Source: an uncultured virus (IMG/VR IMGVR_UViG_3300020459_000007) | Taxonomy: Duplodnaviria; Heunggongvirae; Uroviricota; Caudoviricetes | DNA length: 64,000 bases | Virus record (IMG/VR): IMGVR_UViG_3300020459_000007 | Strand: one strand, 5' to 3' | Shown: positions 7,527 through 14,785 of the stretch, piece by piece | How the letters are laid out: each line of letters starts with the position of its first letter | How positions within the stretch are numbered: the first letter of the stretch is position 1 | Program-made: the position numbers and the translations under genes | The notes under the pieces: generated by a model | Database searches by the model: none | What the model saw: the letters and a program-made list of their open reading frames with translations, nothing else | Told to the model about the DNA's origin: nothing

Positions 7527-7937
7527 TTACTTTGAGTCAGGGACTATTTTGACAGGACCTTGTTCAATCCTGATTGTTTGTGCAGGTGCAGTCTCTGATG
7601 CCTTAGCAATAAGAAACTCCATGTCTTTTTTAGATATGTTTGCACCAGCATCTGCACCATTCTTCTTCTTACCTCCTGCGGAGACACCGAAGGTAGCTAC
7701 GACTCCTGTGAAGACCGAAGCTATGAAGGTCGGATCCATGTCCTGTTTAGGAATTTTTAATGCAGGTGGTAGATCAACGTACGCTAATGTTAAGATTCCG
7801 CCCGACCAAACTAAGATTCCAAGTCGCACGAAGGTAGACAGGATAGCAAGTTGCTCCTCCTTATCCTCTGCATGCTCTTTAATCTTACCTAGGAGACCTT
7901 TCTTTTTAGGTTCCTCTTTTTTAACTTGTTCAGCCAT
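7527..7937 (-). CDS. Two-TM membrane protein (DPTFIASVFTG)
   Basis: Two hydrophobic segments flanked by Lys-rich stretches. Confidence 0.75.
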   Translation of the reverse strand: MAEQVKKEEPKKKGLLGKIKEHAEDKEEQLAILSTFVRLGILVWSGGILTLAYVDLPPALKIPKQDMDPTFIASVFTGVVATFGVSAGGKKKNGADAGANISKKDMEFLIAKASETAPAQTIRIEQGPVKIVPDSK

Positions 7938-7964
7938 TTATCTAATGTGACTGACTCTATGTAG

Positions 7965-8783
7965 CTATTTTACTACGTACTCCTTTAAACTATCAAGAGA
8001 TGTCTTCATAATTCCCTTGAGTTCATCGTAATTTTCATTGAGTGCAGCATTGATACCACCCATGACTATTGCTTCTTGTCCTGGTATGTTCTGTAATTCA
8101 TCATGTACCTTTGTGATCCTATTTCCAAACAGTATTGTCTCATAATTGTCAAAGGTTGCCTTGTTAAACTTAGAGAATACTGAAGGATCCCACTGGTATA
8201 TCATGTTGAAGAACCCACTCTCCTGTTGGTACACTTCACCATTCATTACTATAGTCTGACCATCCCACTTCGTAGCACCACTCGCTTCATTTGAAACATC
8301 TGGTCTGTCCCACTTAGTAATCTCATTCACAAGGTTCATTGCCTTGATAGGTTCTCCACAGAATATAATAGTTTTATCTACTGCAGATAATCTAATTAAA
8401 TTTTTCTCATCTGTGATTGGTTGAGCAGCATAGGTTGGCCATATATATCCACCAAATATTTTACCCTTAGATAATGAGTACCCACTCATGTCAGCATAAA
8501 AAACTGCTGTACCTCTAATGAGGACAACAGGAAGTCTACTACTCTTAACTATAGCGTAGTGTAATCTAGATTGTCTTATCCTTTGATCGTATGCAATAAA
8601 TTTATGTCCCCCTTCAGCACACCACTTCTCACAGAATGTTCTAACAGCAGGTGAAGTACCAACGTAATGAACTACTGCAGTATGCTCTGGAAATCCTTTG
8701 TCGAATGTTTTTAATGCTGACGCAGCCGTTGTAGGAGATGCATCTTCATCTGCCTTGACTACTATGTGTGGTAACCAGTCCAT
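7965..8783 (-). CDS. Hypothetical 272-aa protein
   Basis: Long ORF; ATAAATA late box at 8803-8809 upstream; family not recognised. Confidence 0.75.
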   Translation of the reverse strand: MDWLPHIVVKADEDASPTTAASALKTFDKGFPEHTAVVHYVGTSPAVRTFCEKWCAEGGHKFIAYDQRIRQSRLHYAIVKSSRLPVVLIRGTAVFYADMSGYSLSKGKIFGGYIWPTYAAQPITDEKNLIRLSAVDKTIIFCGEPIKAMNLVNEITKWDRPDVSNEASGATKWDGQTIVMNGEVYQQESGFFNMIYQWDPSVFSKFNKATFDNYETILFGNRITKVHDELQNIPGQEAIVMGGINAALNENYDELKGIMKTSLDSLKEYVVK

Positions 8784-8801
8784 GTCACAATACTTTTTTT
8801 A

Positions 8802-8933
8802 TTATTTATCTTCGTCTTGCGGTTGCCCTAGGGTCTTGTATTCTAATAACTGTTGATAGAATAGAAGTTGCTGTTCCAACTTCTCATTTTCTTTTTCTAA
8901 TATTTCGATGTGTGTTTCGTAGATTGTGTACAT
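8802..8933 (-). CDS. 43-aa coiled-coil peptide (MYTIYETHIEILEKENEKLEQQLLFYQQLLEYKTLGQPQDEDK)
   Basis: Manual translation; TAATG-coupled. Confidence 0.6.
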   Translation of the reverse strand: MYTIYETHIEILEKENEKLEQQLLFYQQLLEYKTLGQPQDEDK

Positions 8934-9103
8934 TAAGCTCCGTCGTCGTGATCCCACATGTGGCTTAGATCGTCTGGTTTTTGAGGTACCATAAGATATT
9001 TGTTACCATCTGGTTTAGTTACCAGTATCGGTTCGCCTTCTTCTGCTAATTTTATGTAGTGATTTTCTTTTTTCTTAAGATCTTCTTCTTTAATTTCAAT
9101 CAT
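8933..9103 (-). CDS. Phd/YefM antitoxin-like small protein
   Basis: MIEIKEEDLKKKENHYIKLAEEGEPILVTKPDGNKYLMVP matches the Phd/YefM pattern (GEPxxVT...xxVP); ATGA-coupled start. Confidence 0.55.
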   Translation of the reverse strand: MIEIKEEDLKKKENHYIKLAEEGEPILVTKPDGNKYLMVPQKPDDLSHMWDHDDGA

Positions 9104-9846
9104 TGGACTAAACTCCAAAAATCTCCGTGGTTGTTTGCATTTTTAGGATGTTTGAATGTCACATGCCTCATCCAATTAGGACCGAACAGTTTGACACTGG
9201 TGTCTACTGTCTCACCCAACCAACTGGTTGGTTCTCTACTCTCTCCTTTAACAAAGAAGTGAGATGACATATCACTTGCCCATGTTCTTTTGTCAACACG
9301 GTTCAAACCCTCAGGTCTATAGTGCCATATATTATACATGAGTGTTATTCTACCTTCGCTATGCGGTAGCACTCCGTGTATATATCTTGGGTTGAAGGTG
9401 AGTACCCTCCCTTCCTCAGGAATTGAAAACACAACCTCAGTAGGTGGTATATTTCGATACTCATTCTGTCGCTCTCCAGTCGAAGTGTCCCAAACGATCG
9501 TTGGTGAATTGTGATTGTTGAGATAAGTGACGGTGGAGAGAAGAGGATATTTCATTTTTCCTTCTTGCTCTCTTCTAACCATTTCATCATGGTCAGAGTG
9601 GAACCCTATCATCTTAGCACAATCCTTTATATAATGAAACCACCATTCAAATCCTGTAACATTTGGGTAGGTGTCCTTGAAGTACATGTCATATGAATCT
9701 AAGACATACTTCTCTATTGCATTCTCTGGAGTGTCATGCAGTCCTATCCAACAGTTACCAGGTAGAGGATCAAACATCTTCACCTCTCTAGTCAATCTGT
9801 ATACGGATGATGAAGTAATAAATCGTGGATACTGTACTACATTCAT
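9100..9846 (-). CDS. 2OG-Fe(II) oxygenase
   Basis: FEWW...FHSDHD...STVTYL...HGV...RITLMYNIW. Confidence 0.8.
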   Translation of the reverse strand: MNVVQYPRFITSSSVYRLTREVKMFDPLPGNCWIGLHDTPENAIEKYVLDSYDMYFKDTYPNVTGFEWWFHYIKDCAKMIGFHSDHDEMVRREQEGKMKYPLLSTVTYLNNHNSPTIVWDTSTGERQNEYRNIPPTEVVFSIPEEGRVLTFNPRYIHGVLPHSEGRITLMYNIWHYRPEGLNRVDKRTWASDMSSHFFVKGESREPTSWLGETVDTSVKLFGPNWMRHVTFKHPKNANNHGDFWSLVQ

Positions 9847-10079
9847 CTAATATCTACATCAATCATTCTAGTTCTTCTTCTCTTCGGTGCTTCTGTCCCT
9901 ACTCTAGGGATCTCTGCTTCCTCTCGTGGTTCAGTCAATGCTACCACATAACTCATATCTTGTCCACCATAGGTCTTACCACAAACATAAGTCTGGTTGT
10001 CGCAACCACACATCCTATAGTCATGCTCATGTTTAGATCTAATAGTGTTATTGCATTTAGTGCAAGTTACCGTTGTCAT
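9843..10079 (-). CDS. Zinc-ribbon protein (CTKC...HEHDYRMCGC)
   Basis: CxxC...CxC pattern. Confidence 0.7.
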   Translation of the reverse strand: MTTVTCTKCNNTIRSKHEHDYRMCGCDNQTYVCGKTYGGQDMSYVVALTEPREEAEIPRVGTEAPKRRRTRMIDVDIR

Positions 10080-10557
10080 CTCGTTTCTCTATGTCTACAA
10101 ATAAAAACATCATGTCATCATCAGATAGATTGTATCCTTCATGGGTGTAATCCATCACATCATATACTTGAGGTTGTCCCTCTTTCCAAATAACTTTTTT
10201 ATGATCCCATATCATATAGCAACATCTGTTACATGGTATGTACAGTGGGATTTGTATTCTCCTGTATGCTTTATCATATACAGGAGGATCTTTATGTGGT
10301 CCTAGTTTAGTTCCAGACTCAAATAAAGATACTGTTGCCATCATAACTTCATCTTGATCTAGGATATCTATTACTCTCTGGTCTTTAACAACAGAACGTC
10401 TTACCCCGCCACCATTTTTGTTCTGTGCTTTCAACCAGCAGAAATATATATCCTTGTTAGAATAACCAACAGCAGTTGGAGCTCTCCGTAAGGGAAAATC
10501 TGTTTCTGTTGCCCATTCATAAAGATACTCTACGTCACTCCTCTTCATCCCACTCAC
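10057..10557 (-). CDS. Aspartyl/asparaginyl beta-hydroxylase-like oxygenase
   Basis: GTKLGPHKD...RIQIPL...WKEG...HEGYN...LFVD. Confidence 0.8.
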   Translation of the reverse strand: MSGMKRSDVEYLYEWATETDFPLRRAPTAVGYSNKDIYFCWLKAQNKNGGGVRRSVVKDQRVIDILDQDEVMMATVSLFESGTKLGPHKDPPVYDKAYRRIQIPLYIPCNRCCYMIWDHKKVIWKEGQPQVYDVMDYTHEGYNLSDDDMMFLFVDIEKRDDNGNLH

Positions 10558-10726
10558 CTATCACCATGAGACTTGGATTATCTTCTTCGATCCACTCATG
10601 CCATTCCATATACAATGCAAACATATCCTCATACTGTTTGTTGAGTACTAGTTCATCACTACGATCTTGCATCCACGCTAGTAGATTATCGCATTGTGTT
10701 CTTAACTTGGGAGGTGTGTCATTCAT
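10535..10726 (-). CDS. Hypothetical protein
   Basis: ORF overlapping both neighbours in an operon. Confidence 0.65.
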   Translation of the reverse strand: MNDTPPKLRTQCDNLLAWMQDRSDELVLNKQYEDMFALYMEWHEWIEEDNPSLMVIGEWDEEE

Positions 10727-11141
10727 TATAGTAATCTTTTTTCATGTAGCGTCCGAGAATATTACTGTTGTAGTAGTTCTCCTTTTCACTTAAGACATTG
10801 TTTAGAAAGAGTTGTTTGGTTTCTGTATAGTTAACCCATCCCTTTGTCTTATGTAGGGATAAGATCTCTCGTTTGAAACATTCGTTTCCAAGAGACTTTC
10901 TATCGGTAGTAAGTTCATCACTACTCCCATAGTATTTTTGCCAGTCACTTTCAGACTTAACTTTCCTAGACTTACCTCTAGGCTTTCGGAACTGGTAGAA
11001 GTATTTACGTCCGATGTATCTTTTACCTGTCTGGAGATTAGTAATCCTGTAGACAAAACCGAAGAAGTCGCCAATGTCGTTAGAAGTAAAAGGTTTACCC
11101 TCATATAACCAGGCGTTTTCGTAAACTCCTCCCTCAACCAT
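10719..11141 (-). CDS. denA: GIY-YIG endonuclease II-like protein
   Basis: GFVYRITNLQTGKRYIGRKYF...ESDWQKYYGSS...FKREIL...YYNSNI. Confidence 0.85.
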   Translation of the reverse strand: MVEGGVYENAWLYEGKPFTSNDIGDFFGFVYRITNLQTGKRYIGRKYFYQFRKPRGKSRKVKSESDWQKYYGSSDELTTDRKSLGNECFKREILSLHKTKGWVNYTETKQLFLNNVLSEKENYYNSNILGRYMKKDYYNE

Positions 11142-11151
11142 TTCATAATTT

Positions 11152-12315
11152 TCATTCTCCTTTATATAGGGTCATGCCCTCATGCCAATTTTTAAAACTC
11201 ATCAGAGGCCATACAGAATAAGCAAGACTTGTTTCTCTATACCCATCACCCTTCCAAGTAACACCACTGTTATAGTCACTGTAAGTTACCTCTTCACACT
11301 GCTCTAACTTTAATGATGTAGCCATATCAAGGTACTTATCAAAGAGAGGGTCATGAAAGAGAATATTCTTAGCATGTTCCCAGAAAGGTGTGTCATACTT
11401 AGATCCAAATTGATAATGCCATAGAATAAAGTTCTGAATTTGTTTTATATACTTCTTCATCCCCTTGACAGCATCCTCTTTGGTGAGTTCTCCTTCTATT
11501 ATAACACGAAACGTACGACGTGCCCACTCCAAGTAAGTTTCTGTTGCAGTAGACTCCATTGGTTCTAAAAAGAATAGTCTGTTACCCTGAAGTATTACCC
11601 TATCATCAATAGGATTCATATGCATATAATTTTTAAAAGTCTTCTGTCGTTTGACCTCTACGTCAAAAATTTGCTCGAAATTTTTTTTAGCATCCTCTGT
11701 TTTTGTAATCTTATTATTGTATAGGTAACCAACAGCACCATTGTGTGATGGAGAACTCTCCTCCATAGGTATAACAAAAGCCCAACCATCAGGAGTTGCA
11801 ACATGCCTACTCCATAACTCTTTACTATCCCACTTGGGTTTACCTAAGAGAGCAGAGTTGATAGGACTTTTAAGTTTAGTATATCCAGTAAAATTTTTGG
11901 GTGTACCTCTGCAATCAAAAACATAATCAGCATCAACATTATATGGACTATCCACATTACTCTCTACGACATTAAAGCGACCTGATTCTAATGCAAACTT
12001 CTGCACCTCACAGGGACAGTAGTGCATTGCTAATGTGTTAGCAGGGAAAGCATGTATAAATTTCTCATTTACTTTACCAAAACCTTCATATAATATACCT
12101 GTCTTCGGGGTAGCATGTATATGATTATCGTAGTAGTTAAATCCTGCACCTAGTAACTCAGGTGCACCTAGTAATGTTGCTTGTCCTACCTCTTCGGGTG
12201 GTATGTTTGGATCATGTATTAATTCTACCTCAAGATCTTTCTTTCTACCGTACCATGAGTAATAGAGTGCTGTGAATATGCCTGCGTTACCTGCTCCAAC
12301 AATACTAACTTTCAA
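11152..12315 (-). CDS. Flavin-dependent halogenase (tryptophan halogenase/PrnA-like)
   Basis: GAGNAG FAD motif, VGQAT, ATPKTGI (catalytic Lys position), DCRG, GWAFVIP, FLEPMEST, DTPFW; TTG start overlaps the upstream TGA. Confidence 0.85.
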   Translation of the reverse strand: MKVSIVGAGNAGIFTALYYSWYGRKKDLEVELIHDPNIPPEEVGQATLLGAPELLGAGFNYYDNHIHATPKTGILYEGFGKVNEKFIHAFPANTLAMHYCPCEVQKFALESGRFNVVESNVDSPYNVDADYVFDCRGTPKNFTGYTKLKSPINSALLGKPKWDSKELWSRHVATPDGWAFVIPMEESSPSHNGAVGYLYNNKITKTEDAKKNFEQIFDVEVKRQKTFKNYMHMNPIDDRVILQGNRLFFLEPMESTATETYLEWARRTFRVIIEGELTKEDAVKGMKKYIKQIQNFILWHYQFGSKYDTPFWEHAKNILFHDPLFDKYLDMATSLKLEQCEEVTYSDYNSGVTWKGDGYRETSLAYSVWPLMSFKNWHEGMTLYKGE

Positions 12316-12464
12316 TCTGCGTATCCGTCATCGTCATCACCACTATACCATTGTGCACCATCACTGTCAATATATGCGTCCTTGTCTGCGTAAACTTCTG
12401 CCTTCAGTTCTGTAAGAAGGTCTTCTAGGTCTGTTATCAACGTCTTTAATCTACTTCTTTGCAT
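12312..12464 (-). CDS. 50-aa acidic peptide (MQRSRLKTLITDLEDLLTELKAEVYADKDAY...DDDDGYAD)
   Basis: Manual translation; stop overlaps the halogenase start. Confidence 0.65.
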   Translation of the reverse strand: MQRSRLKTLITDLEDLLTELKAEVYADKDAYIDSDGAQWYSGDDDDGYAD

Positions 12465-12498
12465 AAAAAAATCCCCGATTACATTATGTAGTCGGGGA
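12465..12498 (-). terminator. Rho-independent terminator
   Basis: Minus strand TCCCCGACTACATAATGTAATCGGGGA followed by a T7 run. Confidence 0.75.
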
Positions 12499-12503
12499 GA
12501 GAT

Positions 12504-12590
12504 TTAAGCATCCTTATAAAGGATTAAAGTCTCAGCGTAGATAATGGTTAGGAAGACTGCTGAAGCAGCAGTGATCCATAGTACTTCCAT
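12504..12590 (-). CDS. 28-aa hydrophobic peptide (MEVLWITAASAVFLTIIYAETLILYKDA)
   Basis: TAATG-coupled to the DUF4278-like gene. Confidence 0.55.
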   Translation of the reverse strand: MEVLWITAASAVFLTIIYAETLILYKDA

Positions 12591-12715
12591 TACTTCGCAA
12601 CTGTAAGATCTTTATTTAGTTTTACACCACGGTAAACTAGATCGACCTTGTTTGATTGCTGAGTCTTGCTTCTGTTAGTGTCATACTTGACACCACGGTA
12701 TGTGACGTTAGCCAT
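12590..12715 (-). CDS. DUF4278-family peptide (two YRGV motifs)
   Basis: MANVTYRGVKYDTNRSKTQQSNKVDLVYRGVKLNKDLTVAK; SD AGGAG; lies downstream of the riboswitch. Confidence 0.85.
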   Translation of the reverse strand: MANVTYRGVKYDTNRSKTQQSNKVDLVYRGVKLNKDLTVAK

Positions 12716-12750
12716 TTGCTTTTGCTCCTGTTGGAATGAGGTGGATTAGA

Positions 12751-12940
12751 CCGTTCCTTCAGTCAACTTGTGCGTCCTCAAAACATACTGGATCAGTATG
12801 TGCAATAATCACCTTTACCATCTCCAACCTTTGAGGATCAAAGGGTCTAATTAAAGATAGTAACTCATTAGCATCTGCACAATTAAGTGGTGCTCCGAGT
12901 ACTATTAACATGGAAAGAATGTTATACATGAGGATGAACG
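12751..12940 (-). ncRNA. Glutamine-II (Downstream-peptide) riboswitch, copy 2, with a ~150-nt expanded loop
   Basis: CGUUCA-UCCUCA...[insert]...UGAGGA-CGCACAAGUUGACUGAAGGAACGG; same core as copy 1. Confidence 0.75.
12759..12929 (-). CDS. 56-aa ORF nested in the riboswitch loop (MYNILSMLIVLGAPLNCADANELLSLIRPFDPQRLEMVKVIIAHTDPVCFEDAQVD)
   Basis: Manual translation; hydrophobic N-terminus, two Cys; no obvious SD. Confidence 0.55.
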   Translation of the reverse strand: MYNILSMLIVLGAPLNCADANELLSLIRPFDPQRLEMVKVIIAHTDPVCFEDAQVD

Positions 12941-12943
12941 AAC

Positions 12944-12988
12944 CCGTTCCGAGTCGGCTTACTTGCGTCCCCCTTTTGGGGATGAACG
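12944..12988 (-). ncRNA. Glutamine-II (Downstream-peptide) riboswitch, copy 1
   Basis: CGUUCA-UCCCC-AAAAG-GGGGA-CGCAAGUAAGCCGACUCGGAACGG; CGUUC/GAACG closing stem; upstream of the DUF4278 gene. Confidence 0.8.
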
Positions 12989-12993
12989 TAAAG

Positions 12994-13021
12994 GTATGTT
13001 AGCATACCCATATCTATTTAG
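12994..13021 (-). promoter_or_regulatory. Late promoter box CTAAATA followed by an NtcA-like palindrome GTA-N8-TAC
   Basis: CTAAATA at 13015-13021; GTATGCTAACATAC at 12994-13007. Confidence 0.55.
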
Positions 13022-13275
13022 TCAAGTTTGTTGTATTTCTTGATACTTTTTTCCCAGTTTTGTAGGGATGACCGTAGTTGTCCTGTGTTTTCTTCTGGGT
13101 ATTCATCCTTGATCCCCTTCATCTTCTTGTAGTCGTTGTGCATCGCTCCCAGTAACCATGCTTGTGCTAGTTGATGAGGACCCTCTTTCAACAACTGGAT
13201 TTGAAATTTCGAGAGACCAGCTTTCATCTCCAAATACTCCTTTCTCCATGATGTCTGGCCATCGTTCTTTGTCAT
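13018..13275 (-). CDS. Hypothetical protein (SWRKEYLEMK...AWLLGAMH)
   Basis: ORF; overlaps the upstream ORF by 173 nt. Confidence 0.65.
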   Translation of the reverse strand: MTKNDGQTSWRKEYLEMKAGLSKFQIQLLKEGPHQLAQAWLLGAMHNDYKKMKGIKDEYPEENTGQLRSSLQNWEKSIKKYNKLD

Positions 13276-13501
13276 CTTTCTCCCACTGGTCTAAAATATC
13301 TATTGCCTGACGGTCTACATCACGCATTGTGTTCTCTATCTTAACATCAATCCACCACTTTTTCAAGTATGCTATGAAACCAAGAGAGAAATACTTAACA
13401 AACTGATTGGGTTGTCTGTTAGCCCATCTCTCTGCCTTCTGATACCATGCAATTTTACCTGATCCTACAAGTAAAGTCTTTTCAAATTTAATCTTAGGCA
13501 T
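13103..13501 (-). CDS. Hypothetical protein
   Basis: TAATG-coupled start with an AGGAGG SD. Confidence 0.7.
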   Translation of the reverse strand: MPKIKFEKTLLVGSGKIAWYQKAERWANRQPNQFVKYFSLGFIAYLKKWWIDVKIENTMRDVDRQAIDILDQWEKDDKERWPDIMEKGVFGDESWSLEISNPVVERGSSSTSTSMVTGSDAQRLQEDEGDQG

Positions 13502-13629
13502 TATCCTCCTGCCATATCCTCATAGTTAATGTCTTCTGCATCAATGATTGCTTGCATCATCTCTGCTATCTCCTCCTCTGGTCTAGGATTCTCAAAGAGA
13601 AAATCCTTTGAAGGTTTCTTTGGTGACAT
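13501..13629 (-). CDS. 42-aa acidic peptide (MSPKKPSKDFLFENPRPEEEIAEMMQAIIDAEDINYEDMAGG)
   Basis: Manual translation; fills the gap after nrdB; stop coupled to the next ATG. Confidence 0.45.
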   Translation of the reverse strand: MSPKKPSKDFLFENPRPEEEIAEMMQAIIDAEDINYEDMAGG

Positions 13630-14785
13630 CTTGTTTGATTCCTCCGACGACATAAGATTCGATCTCCGTTTCTTGTGGTGCGTTCTGCTGTCCCTTACTA
13701 TTTAACCAGTACTGTGTCCATGGTAAAGGATTGTTTCTAATACCAATGTCATACAATGGATCGAAACCAAGAGCACGTAGTCTTCTGTTAGCAGTGAACT
13801 CTACGTACTGTGATAATAATTTTTCATTTAGTCCTATCATACTACCGTTTTTGAAGAGGTATGATGCCCATGCCTTCTCTTCTTCAACAGCGTTCTTAAA
13901 CATGTCTATGATGTTGGATTTTTCTTCTGCAGCGATGACCACCATTTCTTCATCGTCACCATTTTGCCACGCTTTGATGATCTGTTGAGTAAGGACAAGA
14001 TGTTGGCTTTCATCTCTGGCGATAAGAGAGATAATCTTAGCGGATCCTTCCATAATTTTGAGTTCACCAAACGCAAACGAGCAAGCGAAGGAGACATAGA
14101 ACCTAATGCCTTCAAGAATATTGACGTTGAGGACTGCTCGGTAGAGTTTCCTTTTGAGTTCTTTCCTGTCATATGCTCCTGATGGGTGTCCTTCAGCGGC
14201 CATCCTCCAGATGTTACCGCTATCGTATTCGTGTGCATGATTTATAAGTTCGTTATACGATGAAGTTACTGAGCTTGCACGACTGAGTATCTTTTCATCA
14301 CCAAGTATAGTATCGAACACTTCACTTGGATGAGGGTATACGTTTTTAATTATGTATGTGTATGATCTACTATGAATCATCTCCATGAGTTGCCATACAT
14401 TCATTGCTCCCTCCAATTCTGGAAGAGAACAATAGGGCATGAATGCCATGCCAGGTGCTCGACCTTGTACACTGTCAAGCATGATCTGATATTTCAGATT
14501 TGAAGTATATATGTGCTTTTGTTCTGGTGTCAGTAACTTATAATCTGCTCTGTCCTTTTGGAGTGATACCTCCTCTGGTCTCCAGAAATATCCTAACTGT
14601 TGTGTAGTTAGTTTATCGAATACAGGATACTTATACTCATCATATCTTTGGAGACCAAGAGGTTGTCCAAAGAACATGGGTTGTGACTTACTGTCAACAG
14701 GGTTGGTATTAAATACCGTTACCCCATCAAACTTTTTCTCGTTAGAGTATCCGTTCCAGTCATTTGTCATTAACGTTTGTTCCAT
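13592..14785 (-). CDS. nrdB: Ribonucleotide reductase class Ia beta subunit
   Basis: FWRPEEVSL, EMIHSRSY, LEGIRFYVSF, IARDESQH, PQETEIESY. Confidence 0.98.
   Translation of the reverse strand: MEQTLMTNDWNGYSNEKKFDGVTVFNTNPVDSKSQPMFFGQPLGLQRYDEYKYPVFDKLTTQQLGYFWRPEEVSLQKDRADYKLLTPEQKHIYTSNLKYQIMLDSVQGRAPGMAFMPYCSLPELEGAMNVWQLMEMIHSRSYTYIIKNVYPHPSEVFDTILGDEKILSRASSVTSSYNELINHAHEYDSGNIWRMAAEGHPSGAYDRKELKRKLYRAVLNVNILEGIRFYVSFACSFAFGELKIMEGSAKIISLIARDESQHLVLTQQIIKAWQNGDDEEMVVIAAEEKSNIIDMFKNAVEEEKAWASYLFKNGSMIGLNEKLLSQYVEFTANRRLRALGFDPLYDIGIRNNPLPWTQYWLNSKGQQNAPQETEIESYVVGGIKQDVTKETFKGFSL

Noticed and set aside
7390..7950. 186-aa + strand ORF and similar long antisense ORFs (e.g. 35650..36132, 47550..48071, 57622..58395)
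   Set aside because: Antisense to well-supported genes, no motifs; expected from sense-strand codon bias
10719..11141. GIY-YIG gene as a mobile homing endonuclease
   Set aside because: Short single-domain protein with endonuclease II-type motifs and no DNA-binding tail
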